From the NCBI GenBank assembly GCA_964574875.1, contig CAZNOX010000001.1, positions 11,352 to 75,351 on the forward strand: a stretch of 64,000 nt of DNA, in the 5' to 3' direction. The notes under the pieces are model-generated. The model made no database searches. It was given only the letters and a program-made list of their open reading frames with translations, and had not been told where the DNA came from. This document shows, piece after piece, positions 54,301 through 63,686 of this stretch. The position numbers and the translations under genes are program-made. Source of the DNA: an uncultured bacterium. Its GTDB lineage: Bacteria; Macinerneyibacteriota; Macinerneyibacteria; Macinerneyibacteriales; DSCS01. Each line of letters opens with the position of its first letter. Within the stretch, counting starts at the first letter, position 1.

Positions 54301-57300
54301 GCAAAGCCCTTGTCATCGTGTTGATCATCCTCCTGATCTCTTCATCGTTATAGTCGTCAGCCAGCTGTTTCAGCTCTTTGACGAGGTCTTTCAATGGCGC
54401 CGACCCCTCCCTCACCGCCCTGATCTCATCGGCGAGTTCGTGGATCTTTTCGGGGAAGAAAGCGTGAAGTTCATCCTCCATGCGGCTGAGGATCGCTCCC
54501 AGACGCTCTTTTTCAGCCCGGGAGAGGCTGTCCAGGTCGATCCTCGCCTCTTCCCCCGGCATGGCGCTGTGAACAGAGAGCCCTTTGTCGCGTGCCGCCT
54601 GGCTGATCTTCCTGTAAAAACTCTCTTTATCGATGGGTTTTGAGATGTAGTCATCGCATCCTGCTGCCAGGAAACGCTCTTCATCCCCTTTGATGGCATA
54701 GGCCGTCAGGGCGATGACCCACAGGCTGTTGTACGCCGGGATCCCGCGTATCTGTTTTATGGTCTCCATCCCGTCCATCACCGGCATCTGGATATCCAGA
54801 AGAAGAATATCGAATCTTTTCTTTTCCAGGGCCTCCATCACTTCCTTCCCGTTGGAAACGATGGTGAATTCATGCCCCAGGCGCTCCAGAAGCACGCTGA
54901 TGAGCTTCTGGTTCATGGAATTATCCTCGGCCACAAGGACAGAAAGAGGCCGCTTCCCCGCAGGCTTTATAAATTCTGCCGGAATGGCATCCAGAAGGAG
55001 GTTGGCCTTATGCAGGAGCTCTTCGAATCTTTCCTTCTCCGGGGCGGATTCGTGGATCAAACGGTCGATCTCTCTGAAGACCTCGTAAATCTCCGTCATT
55101 CCGTAGTTTCCCGTAAATCCTTTCATATCGTGGACCAGCTTGCGGAACTCGTCAGTCACCCCTCCGTCCCTGTAGACGGTATTGACCCGGTCCATCTTCT
55201 CAGGGAGTTTTTTCAGCCCGTCCTGAAGAAGCCGCTGCATCTCCGGATCGCCTTCACTCCCGCTGAACCATTCCTGGACCATGCTTTTGCCCCGGATGTT
55301 GCGCCTTTTGAAATACTGATTGATAAAGTCGACAAGGCCTTTCCCGGTCTCGGGAGTCTTTTTGAAGATATTCAGACACTTCTCCTTGAGTCTTTTCATA
55401 TCGTCGTCAGTGAGATCCTTGGCTGTCATGATGATCACCGGGATATCCTCCCGTTTCATCTTATCGCGGAGAAGCCCCAGAAACTCAAAGCCGTCCAGCC
55501 CCGGCATCATGAGGTCCAGAAGGATGAGGTCAGGGATGATCCCCTTCTTGAGGTCCTGAAGGGCCGCTTTGGCATTGTCAAAGACAAAGACATTATACTG
55601 CTGAGCATGGAGAAGGTTTTTATAGAGGAGCAGGAGGTCTTTATCATCGTCGATGACGAAGATATTTTTCACATCCCCGTTGATGTAGAGAGCCGACTTG
55701 ATCCGTTTCAGAAAAGTGCGCTCTTCAACGGGTTTCCTGATATAGTCAAAGACACCGTAGTTGATGGTCTCCTCAAGGCCGTCCATGATGGAGCAGACCA
55801 CCACGGGAATATGCGATGTCCTGGTGTCCGACTTGAGGATATCGTTGATCTGATACCCGTTGAGCCCCTCCATCTTGAGGTCCAGAAGGACGATCTCGGC
55901 TTCCGATTCAGCCACAAGCCGGGCAGCATCGGGAGTGTTGGAGAGGATCACCGGCGTGAATCCTGTTTTGTTCAGCATATTTTTGATGATGGCGATGTCG
56001 TTTTCGTCATTGTCGATGAGGGCGATCTTGGTCCTGGCCGGGTCATAACGGTACATGGCATAAGACTCATCGGCAAGGTGCTTGTCCGGTTCTTTGACTT
56101 CAGGAAGACTGAGCCGGACAATAAACTCCGTGCCCTTGTCCGGTTCGCTTTTGACTGCGATCTCTCCGCCCATCTTTTCCACGAGTTTCTTCGTGATGGC
56201 CAGGCCCAGGCCTGTCCCGCCGAATTCCCGCGTTGTGGAGATATCCCCCTGTTTGAAGGCGCTGAAGACGATCTTCTGTTTTTCACGGGATATGCCGATC
56301 CCCGTGTCTTTGACGCTGACCACCGTGATGCCGCTGTCATACCGGCAGGTGATGGTGATGGTCCCTTTCCGGGTGAACTTCACAGCGTTGCTCACCAGGT
56401 TCATGATGATCTGATTGATCTTGTGCTCATCTCCGAAGACATAGGCGGGAAGGGCGGGGTCCATGTCCAGGTGAAGGGAGATGTTCTTTTCGTTGGCTTT
56501 GATGAGAAAGAGGTTACGGATCTCCTGGAGAAGATGGGAGAGGGAGAAATTGATCTTTTCCAGTTCCACTTTTCCGGCTTCGATCTTGGAAAAATCAAGG
56601 ATATCGTTGATGAGATTCAGCAGGTTCTTCCCCGAACGGCTGATGATCTCGAGCATCTCTCTTTTTTCATGGTTCTGTTCCATCTCAAGGAGGATCCCTG
56701 TAAATCCCAGGATGGAGTTCATGGGTGTACGGATCTCATGGCTCATATTGGCCAGGAAGACGCTCTTGGCCCGGTTGGCCGCTTCTGCGGAATCCCTGGC
56801 CTTCATGAGTTCGACCCTGGCCCTTGTCCTTTCCGAGACATCCCGCGCGATGAAGACGATGCCTTCGATCTGCCCCGCCTTGATGATCTTGGACATGGAG
56901 AGAGAGACGGGAACCAGGGTATTGTCGATGAAAAAGGATGTCTCATGGTCTTTCACCGGAGTCTGGGTATGAAGGATCATCTTCCAGAGTTCGTAAAAGG
57001 ACTCCCGTTCTTTTCCTTCGGGGATCAGGTGAAAAACAGATGTCCCCAGGATATTCTCTTCCGTGGAGCGGAGAAGGTCGGCAGCGGCTTTATTGGTGTT
57101 GACGATGGTCCCGTCGGGAAGAAGAAGGAAAAGGCCGTCGGTCATGGCATCCACGATACTCTCCCCGGTGGTCTTCGGGGTGAGGATAAAGAGGTCGTAT
57201 TTCCAGATCCCGTAAGCGATGAAAACACTCCCCAGGATGAAAGAGACGGTGAAGAGTTCGGGGATCCGCCCCCCGGCCATATAGATGAGATTGGTGATAT

Positions 57301-57850
57301 AGGCGAATAAAACAGGAATACTGAAACTGATGAGGATAAATTTGGCCTGTTTCTTTTTGCGCCGGTCCCGGACCCGGAGGTAAAAACGGAGACAGATGAG
57401 GATGGTCACCGTGAGCAGGATAAAGGCCCAGAAGAGAAGAAACCTGTTGGGGATCCCGTAGGTCCATCCCCAGTATCGCCTGATGGGGATGCTTCCCTCC
57501 CGAAGGTCCACAATATTGATCGCGCTGAAACAGACAGCCGGCATATAGAGGGCGAAGAGAAACGATTTCCGTCTGATCCAGGAAAAATGTTCTGTGATGA
57601 TGAGGACAAAATGGACGATGACTGCAATGAGAAAAGGCCAGATCCCTCCTGTCCTTCGCCACAGGAGAGCTTCGGCAGCTGTTTCGGAATTGCGGAGCAT
57701 GAACTCGGTAAACCCGGCGTAAGCCGCCAGGAGACAGAAGACAAGAAAGACCTTGTTGGCCCGCCCGTGGGAATTTTTACTGTAGACAAAACCTCCCAGG
57801 AACAGCGCCACCAGAAACGAGAGCAGCGAAGGTATCGCAAAAGGATTCAT
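54290..57850 (-). CDS. Hybrid sensor histidine kinase / response regulator (N-terminal 7TM sensor, PAS, HisKA-HATPase, REC, REC, HPt, REC)
   Basis: Seven N-terminal TM helices. H-box FLANMSHEIRTP, G-box GGTGLGLAI and three D-containing receiver domains. HPt motif VHDMKGFTGNYG. Confidence 0.85.
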   Translation of the reverse strand: MNPFAIPSLLSFLVALFLGGFVYSKNSHGRANKVFLVFCLLAAYAGFTEFMLRNSETAAEALLWRRTGGIWPFLIAVIVHFVLIITEHFSWIRRKSFLFALYMPAVCFSAINIVDLREGSIPIRRYWGWTYGIPNRFLLFWAFILLTVTILICLRFYLRVRDRRKKKQAKFILISFSIPVLFAYITNLIYMAGGRIPELFTVSFILGSVFIAYGIWKYDLFILTPKTTGESIVDAMTDGLFLLLPDGTIVNTNKAAADLLRSTEENILGTSVFHLIPEGKERESFYELWKMILHTQTPVKDHETSFFIDNTLVPVSLSMSKIIKAGQIEGIVFIARDVSERTRARVELMKARDSAEAANRAKSVFLANMSHEIRTPMNSILGFTGILLEMEQNHEKREMLEIISRSGKNLLNLINDILDFSKIEAGKVELEKINFSLSHLLQEIRNLFLIKANEKNISLHLDMDPALPAYVFGDEHKINQIIMNLVSNAVKFTRKGTITITCRYDSGITVVSVKDTGIGISREKQKIVFSAFKQGDISTTREFGGTGLGLAITKKLVEKMGGEIAVKSEPDKGTEFIVRLSLPEVKEPDKHLADESYAMYRYDPARTKIALIDNDENDIAIIKNMLNKTGFTPVILSNTPDAARLVAESEAEIVLLDLKMEGLNGYQINDILKSDTRTSHIPVVVCSIMDGLEETINYGVFDYIRKPVEERTFLKRIKSALYINGDVKNIFVIDDDKDLLLLYKNLLHAQQYNVFVFDNAKAALQDLKKGIIPDLILLDLMMPGLDGFEFLGLLRDKMKREDIPVIIMTAKDLTDDDMKRLKEKCLNIFKKTPETGKGLVDFINQYFKRRNIRGKSMVQEWFSGSEGDPEMQRLLQDGLKKLPEKMDRVNTVYRDGGVTDEFRKLVHDMKGFTGNYGMTEIYEVFREIDRLIHESAPEKERFEELLHKANLLLDAIPAEFIKPAGKRPLSVLVAEDNSMNQKLISVLLERLGHEFTIVSNGKEVMEALEKKRFDILLLDIQMPVMDGMETIKQIRGIPAYNSLWVIALTAYAIKGDEERFLAAGCDDYISKPIDKESFYRKISQAARDKGLSVHSAMPGEEARIDLDSLSRAEKERLGAILSRMEDELHAFFPEKIHELADEIRAVREGSAPLKDLVKELKQLADDYNDEEIRRMINTMTRALHDQ

Positions 57851-57858
57851 CTTCTCCT

Positions 57859-58953
57859 CTATCCTTCTCCGGCCCCGGCGAAAGGCTCTTCCGCTTCATA
57901 GGATTCTTTCTTGACTTCCAGAAGCCGGTCCCGGCTCTTTTCATAGATCTCCACGAGTTTCGGTTCGAACTGTTTCCCCTTTTGAGAGAGGATCATGGCA
58001 TCGGCCTGATTGTCTCCGTAGATATCCTTATAGACCCTTTTGGTGGTCAGGGCGTCATAGACGTCCGCCAGGGCGACGATACGGGCTTCCAGGGGGATCT
58101 CTTCTCCCCTGAGCCCTTCAAGGTAACCCTTTCCGTCCCAGCGTTCATGATGATACAGGACGATGTTCCGGGCCATGGGATCGATTCCTTCTCCTTCGAG
58201 CATCTTGGCCCCGATGAGGACATGTTTTTTGATCTGTTCGAATTCATCGCTCGTGTAGTCTCCGGGCTTTTTCAACAGGTCCTGGGGGATCCCGACTTTC
58301 CCGATATCATGAAGCGAAGAGTAGATCTTGATCCGTTTGACAAAATCATGGCTGCATCCGTATTCGGCTGCAAAGAATTCCGCATAACGGCTCACCCGGC
58401 GGATATGGTTTCCGGTATCGATATCATTGAAGAGGTTGACATTTTCCAGGGCGGTCACCATGGCCAGGGTGAGTTTTTCCAGTTTTTCCGTTTTCTGGTC
58501 CACCAGGTAATGGAGATGCTTCTCTTCATCCTCAAGCATCTGATTTTTCATCTTCAGATCATCGGCCATCTTTTTCAGAGTGATCTGGGCTTTGATGCGG
58601 GAAAGAAGTTCGTTTTTATTGAAGGGTTTGGAGATGTAGTCCACTCCGCCCATTTCAAAGGCTTTCATCTTGCTTTCGATGTCGTTGAGGGCCGTCAGAA
58701 AGATGATGGGGATATCCTCATGGTTCTCTTTGATGTGACGGGCTGTCTCAAACCCGTTCATCACCGGCATCATGACATCCAGAAGGATGAGGTCGGGTCT
58801 GGGGACATCGGATTTGCTCAGGAGTTCCAGAAGAGCGACTCCGTCATTGGAGGTCACCACCTGGTAAGATGTATTGCTGCGTATGATACTGGCGAGAAGC
58901 CGCCTGTTTTCAAGGAGATCATCAACGACGGCAATCAACCCTTCAAAGTCCAT
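57859..58953 (-). CDS. Response regulator with an HD-GYP c-di-GMP phosphodiesterase domain
   Basis: REC (LILLDVMMP) plus HD-GYP (HDIGKVG...HHERWDGKGYLEGL). Confidence 0.85.
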   Translation of the reverse strand: MDFEGLIAVVDDLLENRRLLASIIRSNTSYQVVTSNDGVALLELLSKSDVPRPDLILLDVMMPVMNGFETARHIKENHEDIPIIFLTALNDIESKMKAFEMGGVDYISKPFNKNELLSRIKAQITLKKMADDLKMKNQMLEDEEKHLHYLVDQKTEKLEKLTLAMVTALENVNLFNDIDTGNHIRRVSRYAEFFAAEYGCSHDFVKRIKIYSSLHDIGKVGIPQDLLKKPGDYTSDEFEQIKKHVLIGAKMLEGEGIDPMARNIVLYHHERWDGKGYLEGLRGEEIPLEARIVALADVYDALTTKRVYKDIYGDNQADAMILSQKGKQFEPKLVEIYEKSRDRLLEVKKESYEAEEPFAGAGEG

Positions 58954-59019
58954 TTGATATCATCTTTCTCCCCATTTTGACCTAACGTCCATTCTGTTAA
59001 GTATAACAAGAGTGAAAAC

Positions 59020-59283
59020 TCAATTCAAGGGGAATGCTTTTTTTATGGAAACTATTTGGAACGGGATGATTTTCCCGAGATCTCCCAGAAAATCAAGGGC
59101 GTGTGTCTCCTCTTCAGAGGGGATCAGAAGGCGGACACGTTTGTCCGTCTCGTTGACACGCATGAAAAAAAGCCCCTCTTCAGCTTCCAGGAAAGCCTTC
59201 AGAGGGGCCACATATGACATCTCCGCAGAGAGAAGGATCTCCGTCTCCCCGCGGTACAACGCTTTATTTCTGCTCTTGTTCAT
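59020..59283 (-). CDS. DUF370 (RemA-like) small protein
   Basis: TEILLSAEMSYVAPLKAFLEAEEGLFFM aligns with the RemA core [35 protein letters not shown]. Confidence 0.6.
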   Translation of the reverse strand: MNKSRNKALYRGETEILLSAEMSYVAPLKAFLEAEEGLFFMRVNETDKRVRLLIPSEEETHALDFLGDLGKIIPFQIVSIKKAFPLN

Positions 59284-59608
59284 CGCCCTGCGGAGTCTCC
59301 GCGGGTTTCTCTTCTCCGGATTGGGGAGCGGGCTGGACCTGTTCCTGTTTCACATCCTCTTTTAACAGTGATTTGCTCTTTTTGACAGATGTGATCTTGG
59401 CGATGGACAATGATGTGATGACGAAAATAATGGCAAGGATCGTCGTTGTTTTCGTCAGAAAACTCTGTCCGCCTGTGGCGGAAAACATGGAATCTCCTCC
59501 GCCTCCGAACATCCCGCCTAATCCGCCGCTTTCGCCTTCCTGGAGAAGGATGATAAGCGTCAGAAGAATTGCGATGATGATATGAAAGACAATTAAAACA
59601 GTAAGCAT
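59264..59608 (-). CDS. secG: Preprotein translocase subunit SecG
   Basis: Two TM helices, a Gly-rich loop GGLGGMFGGGG and an acidic, proline-rich tail. Confidence 0.8.
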   Translation of the reverse strand: MLTVLIVFHIIIAILLTLIILLQEGESGGLGGMFGGGGDSMFSATGGQSFLTKTTTILAIIFVITSLSIAKITSVKKSKSLLKEDVKQEQVQPAPQSGEEKPAETPQGDEQEQK

Positions 59609-59620
59609 GTTACACCTCCA

Positions 59621-60814
59621 TCACGGATTCTCCAGCAGGACATTGATGCCGGGCAATCCGTTCCCTTCCAATAATTTCAACGATGCGCCGCCGCCTGTGG
59701 ACATATGGCCGACTTCATCGCCCACGCCCAGCGCCCTTAAAGCGCGTACGGAGTCTCCTCCACCGACGACTGTGTAGGCTCCGCTTCGGCTTACTTCCTC
59801 AGCAACCCGGTTCGTCCCTACAGCGTAATCGGGTATCTCGAAGATCCCCATGGGCCCGTTCCAGACAATGGTTTTCGCTTTACGGATAAATTCCGAAAAG
59901 AGCCGGACGGTCTCCGGTCCGATATCCACGCCCATATATCCCGTTTCGATTTGCCTACTATATATTTTTTCCCCGGGCCTGTCAACCGTTTTAACGATAC
60001 AATGGTCAACGGGAAGGATAAAATCCTTATTCAGCCGGGCAGCTTCATCCAGGATGCGCCGGGCTGTGTCCAGGCGGTCTTCTTCCACACGGGACGACCC
60101 CACGTCAACCCCTTTGGCTTTCAGGAGTGTATAGGCCATGGCTCCGCCGATGAGAAACTGGTCCGCTACGGGAAGCAGATGCTCCAGCACCTTGATCTTA
60201 TCACTGACCTTGGAACCGCCCATGATCACCGTGTAGGGTTTTTCAGGGTCTTTCAGGACTTTGCAGAACGCTTTGAGCTCCTTTTCCACGAGGAACCCGA
60301 TCCCTCTCTCCTCAAAATAAGCCGGAAGAGAGTAGACGGAGAGATGTTTCCGATGGGAAGCTCCGAAGGCATCGTTGATGTAGATATCAGCTGTCCCGGC
60401 GAGAAAGGCCGCCAGGTTGTCGTCTCCTTTGGTCTCCCCGGGGAAAAAACGCAGGTTTTCCGTCATGAGGATCCTGTTTTCAGAGGCTTTCCACGTGTGC
60501 GGGTCTTCTTTACTCAAGTCGAAAGGCAGGACCATGACCTCTTCATCAAGGAGGCGTCCCAGCTCACGGGCCACGGGCCTGATGCTGAACTCTTCCTCGT
60601 ATCCCTGGGGACGGCCCAGGTGGCTGGCGATGATGAGTTTCCCGCCGCGGTCGAGGATATAACGGATGGTGGGGATCGTCGATTCGATACGCGTGTTGTC
60701 CGCCACCTCTCTCCTGTCCATGGGACAGTTGAAATCCACCCTGACAAAAGCCCGTTTCCCCTGAAAGTCGAAATCCGGCAGGGTCCTGATATGATCCAGT
60801 ATTTTTTTGATCAT
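59621..60814 (-). CDS. pgk: Phosphoglycerate kinase
   Basis: The start MIKKIL.. lies directly after the gap stop. PGK signature RVDFNCP and C-terminal GGGASL. Confidence 0.9.
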   Translation of the reverse strand: MIKKILDHIRTLPDFDFQGKRAFVRVDFNCPMDRREVADNTRIESTIPTIRYILDRGGKLIIASHLGRPQGYEEEFSIRPVARELGRLLDEEVMVLPFDLSKEDPHTWKASENRILMTENLRFFPGETKGDDNLAAFLAGTADIYINDAFGASHRKHLSVYSLPAYFEERGIGFLVEKELKAFCKVLKDPEKPYTVIMGGSKVSDKIKVLEHLLPVADQFLIGGAMAYTLLKAKGVDVGSSRVEEDRLDTARRILDEAARLNKDFILPVDHCIVKTVDRPGEKIYSRQIETGYMGVDIGPETVRLFSEFIRKAKTIVWNGPMGIFEIPDYAVGTNRVAEEVSRSGAYTVVGGGDSVRALRALGVGDEVGHMSTGGGASLKLLEGNGLPGINVLLENP

Positions 60815-61821
60815 TTCATCCCCTGCCCGTTGAGATAACGCAGGAGGTCCACCACACGGGAGGAGTATCCCCATTCATTATCATACCAGGAGAGGACTTT
60901 CACCAGGGTCCCGTCTATGACAGAGGTGCTCAGGGCATCGAAATTGGATGAAAAATCGGCATGGTTGAAATCCACAGAGACCACAGGGTCTTCGGTATAC
61001 TGAAGGATCCCTTTGAGGGTTGTCTCAGACGCTTCCTTCATCGTCTTGTTGATCTCCTCAGCTGTGGTCTTTTTTTCCGTCTCCACAGTCAGATCCACCA
61101 GCGAGACGTTGGGGGTGGGGACACGGATGGCCATCCCGTCCAGCTTCCCCTTGAGGCGCGGGATGACTTCAGAGATGGCTTTGGCCGCCCCCGTGGTGGT
61201 GGGGATCATGGAGACTGCAGCCGCCCGGGCTCTCCGAAAATCCTTATGGGGAGCATCCTGGAGACGCTGGTCTGATGTGTAGGCGTGGATGGTTGTCATG
61301 AGGCCCCGCTTGATCCCGAAATGGTCATCCAGAACTTTGGCCACCGGGGCCAGGCAATTGGTGGTGCAGGAGGCATTGGAAAAGATCCGGTGTTCGGGTC
61401 TGGCTTCCGTGTGGTTGACTCCCATGACCACGGTGACATCAGGGTTTTTCGCAGGGGCTGAGATGATCACCCTTTGAGCGCCTGCTTTGAGATGAAGCTC
61501 CGCTTTGTCCCTCTCCCGATAATGGCCTGAACACTCGAGGACAGTGTTGATATTGAGTGATTTCCAGGGGAGAAGCGAGGCGTCTTTCTGTGAGAAGACC
61601 TGTATCCTCTTGCCGTCCACGATCAAAAAATCCCCTTCTGCAGAGACTGTTCCCGTATAGCGCCCATGGACCGAATCATACTTGAGCAAATACGCCAGAA
61701 CTTCGGGTTCCGTCAGGTCATTGACCGCGACCACGTCAATATCAGGATACTTCTCCATGATACGTCTGAAGACAAGCCTTCCGATACGGCCAAACCCGTT
61801 GACAGCCACTCTGATTCCCAT
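60811..61821 (-). CDS. gap: Glyceraldehyde-3-phosphate dehydrogenase
   Basis: NGFGRIGR Rossmann motif and the active-site ASCTTNCLAP. Confidence 0.9.
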   Translation of the reverse strand: MGIRVAVNGFGRIGRLVFRRIMEKYPDIDVVAVNDLTEPEVLAYLLKYDSVHGRYTGTVSAEGDFLIVDGKRIQVFSQKDASLLPWKSLNINTVLECSGHYRERDKAELHLKAGAQRVIISAPAKNPDVTVVMGVNHTEARPEHRIFSNASCTTNCLAPVAKVLDDHFGIKRGLMTTIHAYTSDQRLQDAPHKDFRRARAAAVSMIPTTTGAAKAISEVIPRLKGKLDGMAIRVPTPNVSLVDLTVETEKKTTAEEINKTMKEASETTLKGILQYTEDPVVSVDFNHADFSSNFDALSTSVIDGTLVKVLSWYDNEWGYSSRVVDLLRYLNGQGMK

Positions 61822-61834
61822 GAAAACCTCCTTG

Positions 61835-62458
61835 TTAACTCCCGAATAATCTATCCAACATCTCAAACTGGTCTTTCAGAATAAAGGACGGCCCGTGGCC
61901 CGGATAACACCTGAGCTCGGGATCCAGCGTTCTCAGCCGCTTCAGAGAACCCATCAGGGCCTTCTCGTCCCCTCCCGGCAAGTCTGTCCTCCCCCATCCG
62001 CCGTTAAACAGCGTATCCCCGGTAAAGAGGACACCCCTCCTGTCATCCAGAAGAGAGACGGATCCCGGAGTATGGCCCGGAGTATGGAGGACAGTGAGGC
62101 AGGATTCCCCTTCCCCCACAAGGCTCCCTTCAGCCAGGGTCACATCGGCCTCAGGGGAGACAAGGGACACTCCCATAAAGAAGGAGAGGTTTTTTTCAGG
62201 ATCGGTGAGCATGGGGGCATCGTCCTTATGAATATGGATGATCCCGTCATGGTTCTCTTTGATCCCCCTGTTGCCCCCGATATGATCGGCATGTCCGTGT
62301 GTATTGATGATCAGGCAGGATGTGAAGCGCTCTGAGGTGATCTTTTTTTCCAGGGCAGGATCGGGAAAACCGGGATCGATGATGAGAAGAAGCCCTTTAT
62401 CCCGGATCAGATAGCCCGATGTCTGAACGGGCCCCAGCTGAAAAGAAGAGAGCGTCAT
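61835..62458 (-). CDS. MBL-fold metallo-hydrolase (glyoxalase II-like)
   Basis: HGHADH motif and downstream His/Asp ligands. Confidence 0.8.
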   Translation of the reverse strand: MTLSSFQLGPVQTSGYLIRDKGLLLIIDPGFPDPALEKKITSERFTSCLIINTHGHADHIGGNRGIKENHDGIIHIHKDDAPMLTDPEKNLSFFMGVSLVSPEADVTLAEGSLVGEGESCLTVLHTPGHTPGSVSLLDDRRGVLFTGDTLFNGGWGRTDLPGGDEKALMGSLKRLRTLDPELRCYPGHGPSFILKDQFEMLDRLFGS

Positions 62459-63153
62459 GACGTCTCCTCCCGGGAAAGAGCATCCATCTCCGCAGGGCTC
62501 AGGGGAGTGATCTCCCCTTCTCTGAGGTCTCCGAGTCTCACGGCTCCGTAACGGATCCGTTTGAGCTTCAGCACAGTCCCGCCCAGACTCTTCACCATTC
62601 TCCGGATCTCACGCTTCCTCCCCGTATGAAGATGGAAGAGATACTTTTTATCCCTGAGGATCTCCACGGCATCACAGAGAAGTGTCTCCCCCTCATCCAC
62701 GATCCCCTGGCAGAGACGGGCTGTCTCAGGGATGGACAGCTCTCTGTCCAGGGTGACTTCATAGCTCCGGGAGACTTCAAAACTGGGGTGGCTGTAATGC
62801 TGGACAAGGGCCCCGTCATTGGTGAGGATAAGCAGCCCCTCGCTCTCTTTATCCAGGCGGCCGATATAACGCAGATAGGAATAATCGTCGCCCAGGTAGT
62901 CGTAGATGGTCGTGTTGTGCTTGTCGCTGTGTGAACAGACATAACCCGGCGGTTTATAAAACTTATAATAGGCTTTGTGCAGAGGGGTGAGTTCTTCCCC
63001 ATCCACGCAGATCTTCTCATCGCCACTGACAAGACAGGGGTGTTCTGTGACACGGGCCCCGTTCACCGTGACCTTCCCCTGAGCGATGAGGTCATCGGCC
63101 CGGCGGCGTGAGCAATATCCTGTTTCAGCGATATATTTCGATAATCGTTTCAT
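62455..63153 (-). CDS. rluB: Pseudouridine synthase (RsuA/RluB family) with an N-terminal S4 domain
   Basis: S4 domain (RLSKYIAETGYCSRRRADDLI) and the catalytic GRLDKESEGLL. Confidence 0.8.
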   Translation of the reverse strand: MKRLSKYIAETGYCSRRRADDLIAQGKVTVNGARVTEHPCLVSGDEKICVDGEELTPLHKAYYKFYKPPGYVCSHSDKHNTTIYDYLGDDYSYLRYIGRLDKESEGLLILTNDGALVQHYSHPSFEVSRSYEVTLDRELSIPETARLCQGIVDEGETLLCDAVEILRDKKYLFHLHTGRKREIRRMVKSLGGTVLKLKRIRYGAVRLGDLREGEITPLSPAEMDALSREETS

Positions 63154-63686
63154 TCTATCATCTTTTTCACGTCACTGATCTCGGGAAGCTCTTCCAGAGA
63201 GTTCATCCCGAAATACTCGAGGAATTTCCCCGTCGTCCCGTAGAGAAGAGGCCGCCCCGGTGTCTCTTTCTGCCCCATGACCTTGATCAGCTCAAGTTCC
63301 AGGAGCTTGTTCAGGATGTAAGAGACATTGACACTGCGGATCATCTCGATCTCCACCCTGGTGACAGGTTGATTGTAGGCGATGATCGCCAAAGTCTCAA
63401 GGACTGATTTGGACAGCCGGAAAGTCTTTTTCATATTATAGAGCTCTTCGATATAGCGGCCGTACTCGGGGGATGTCCGGAACTCGAACCCGCCGTTGAG
63501 ATGGAAGATCCGAAAGCCCCGCCTGTCACGCTCATACTCTTCATTCAGAGAGCGGACGGTCTCCTCCACGGCCTTCTCTTTGATCTCCTCCTCTCCGAGG
63601 ATCTCCCGTATCCGTTTGGCAGGAAGGGGCTCCCGGGCCGAAAAGATCAAAGCTTCGATCACTGGTTTTGCGTCTTGTAGATCCAT
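63150..63686 (-). CDS. scpB: Segregation and condensation protein B
   Basis: Tandem winged-helix domains with IEALIFSAREPL. Confidence 0.8.
   Translation of the reverse strand: MDLQDAKPVIEALIFSAREPLPAKRIREILGEEEIKEKAVEETVRSLNEEYERDRRGFRIFHLNGGFEFRTSPEYGRYIEELYNMKKTFRLSKSVLETLAIIAYNQPVTRVEIEMIRSVNVSYILNKLLELELIKVMGQKETPGRPLLYGTTGKFLEYFGMNSLEELPEISDVKKMIE

Noticed and set aside
54872-57310. 812-aa plus-strand ORF antisense to the hybrid histidine kinase gene
   Set aside because: It is in codon phase with the kinase on the other strand. Antisense-phase stops arise only from sense TTA/CTA/TCA codons, which this GC-rich genome avoids. The product is low-complexity (D/G/H/V-rich) with no recognisable domains. 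The sense gene has unambiguous HK/REC/HPt motifs.
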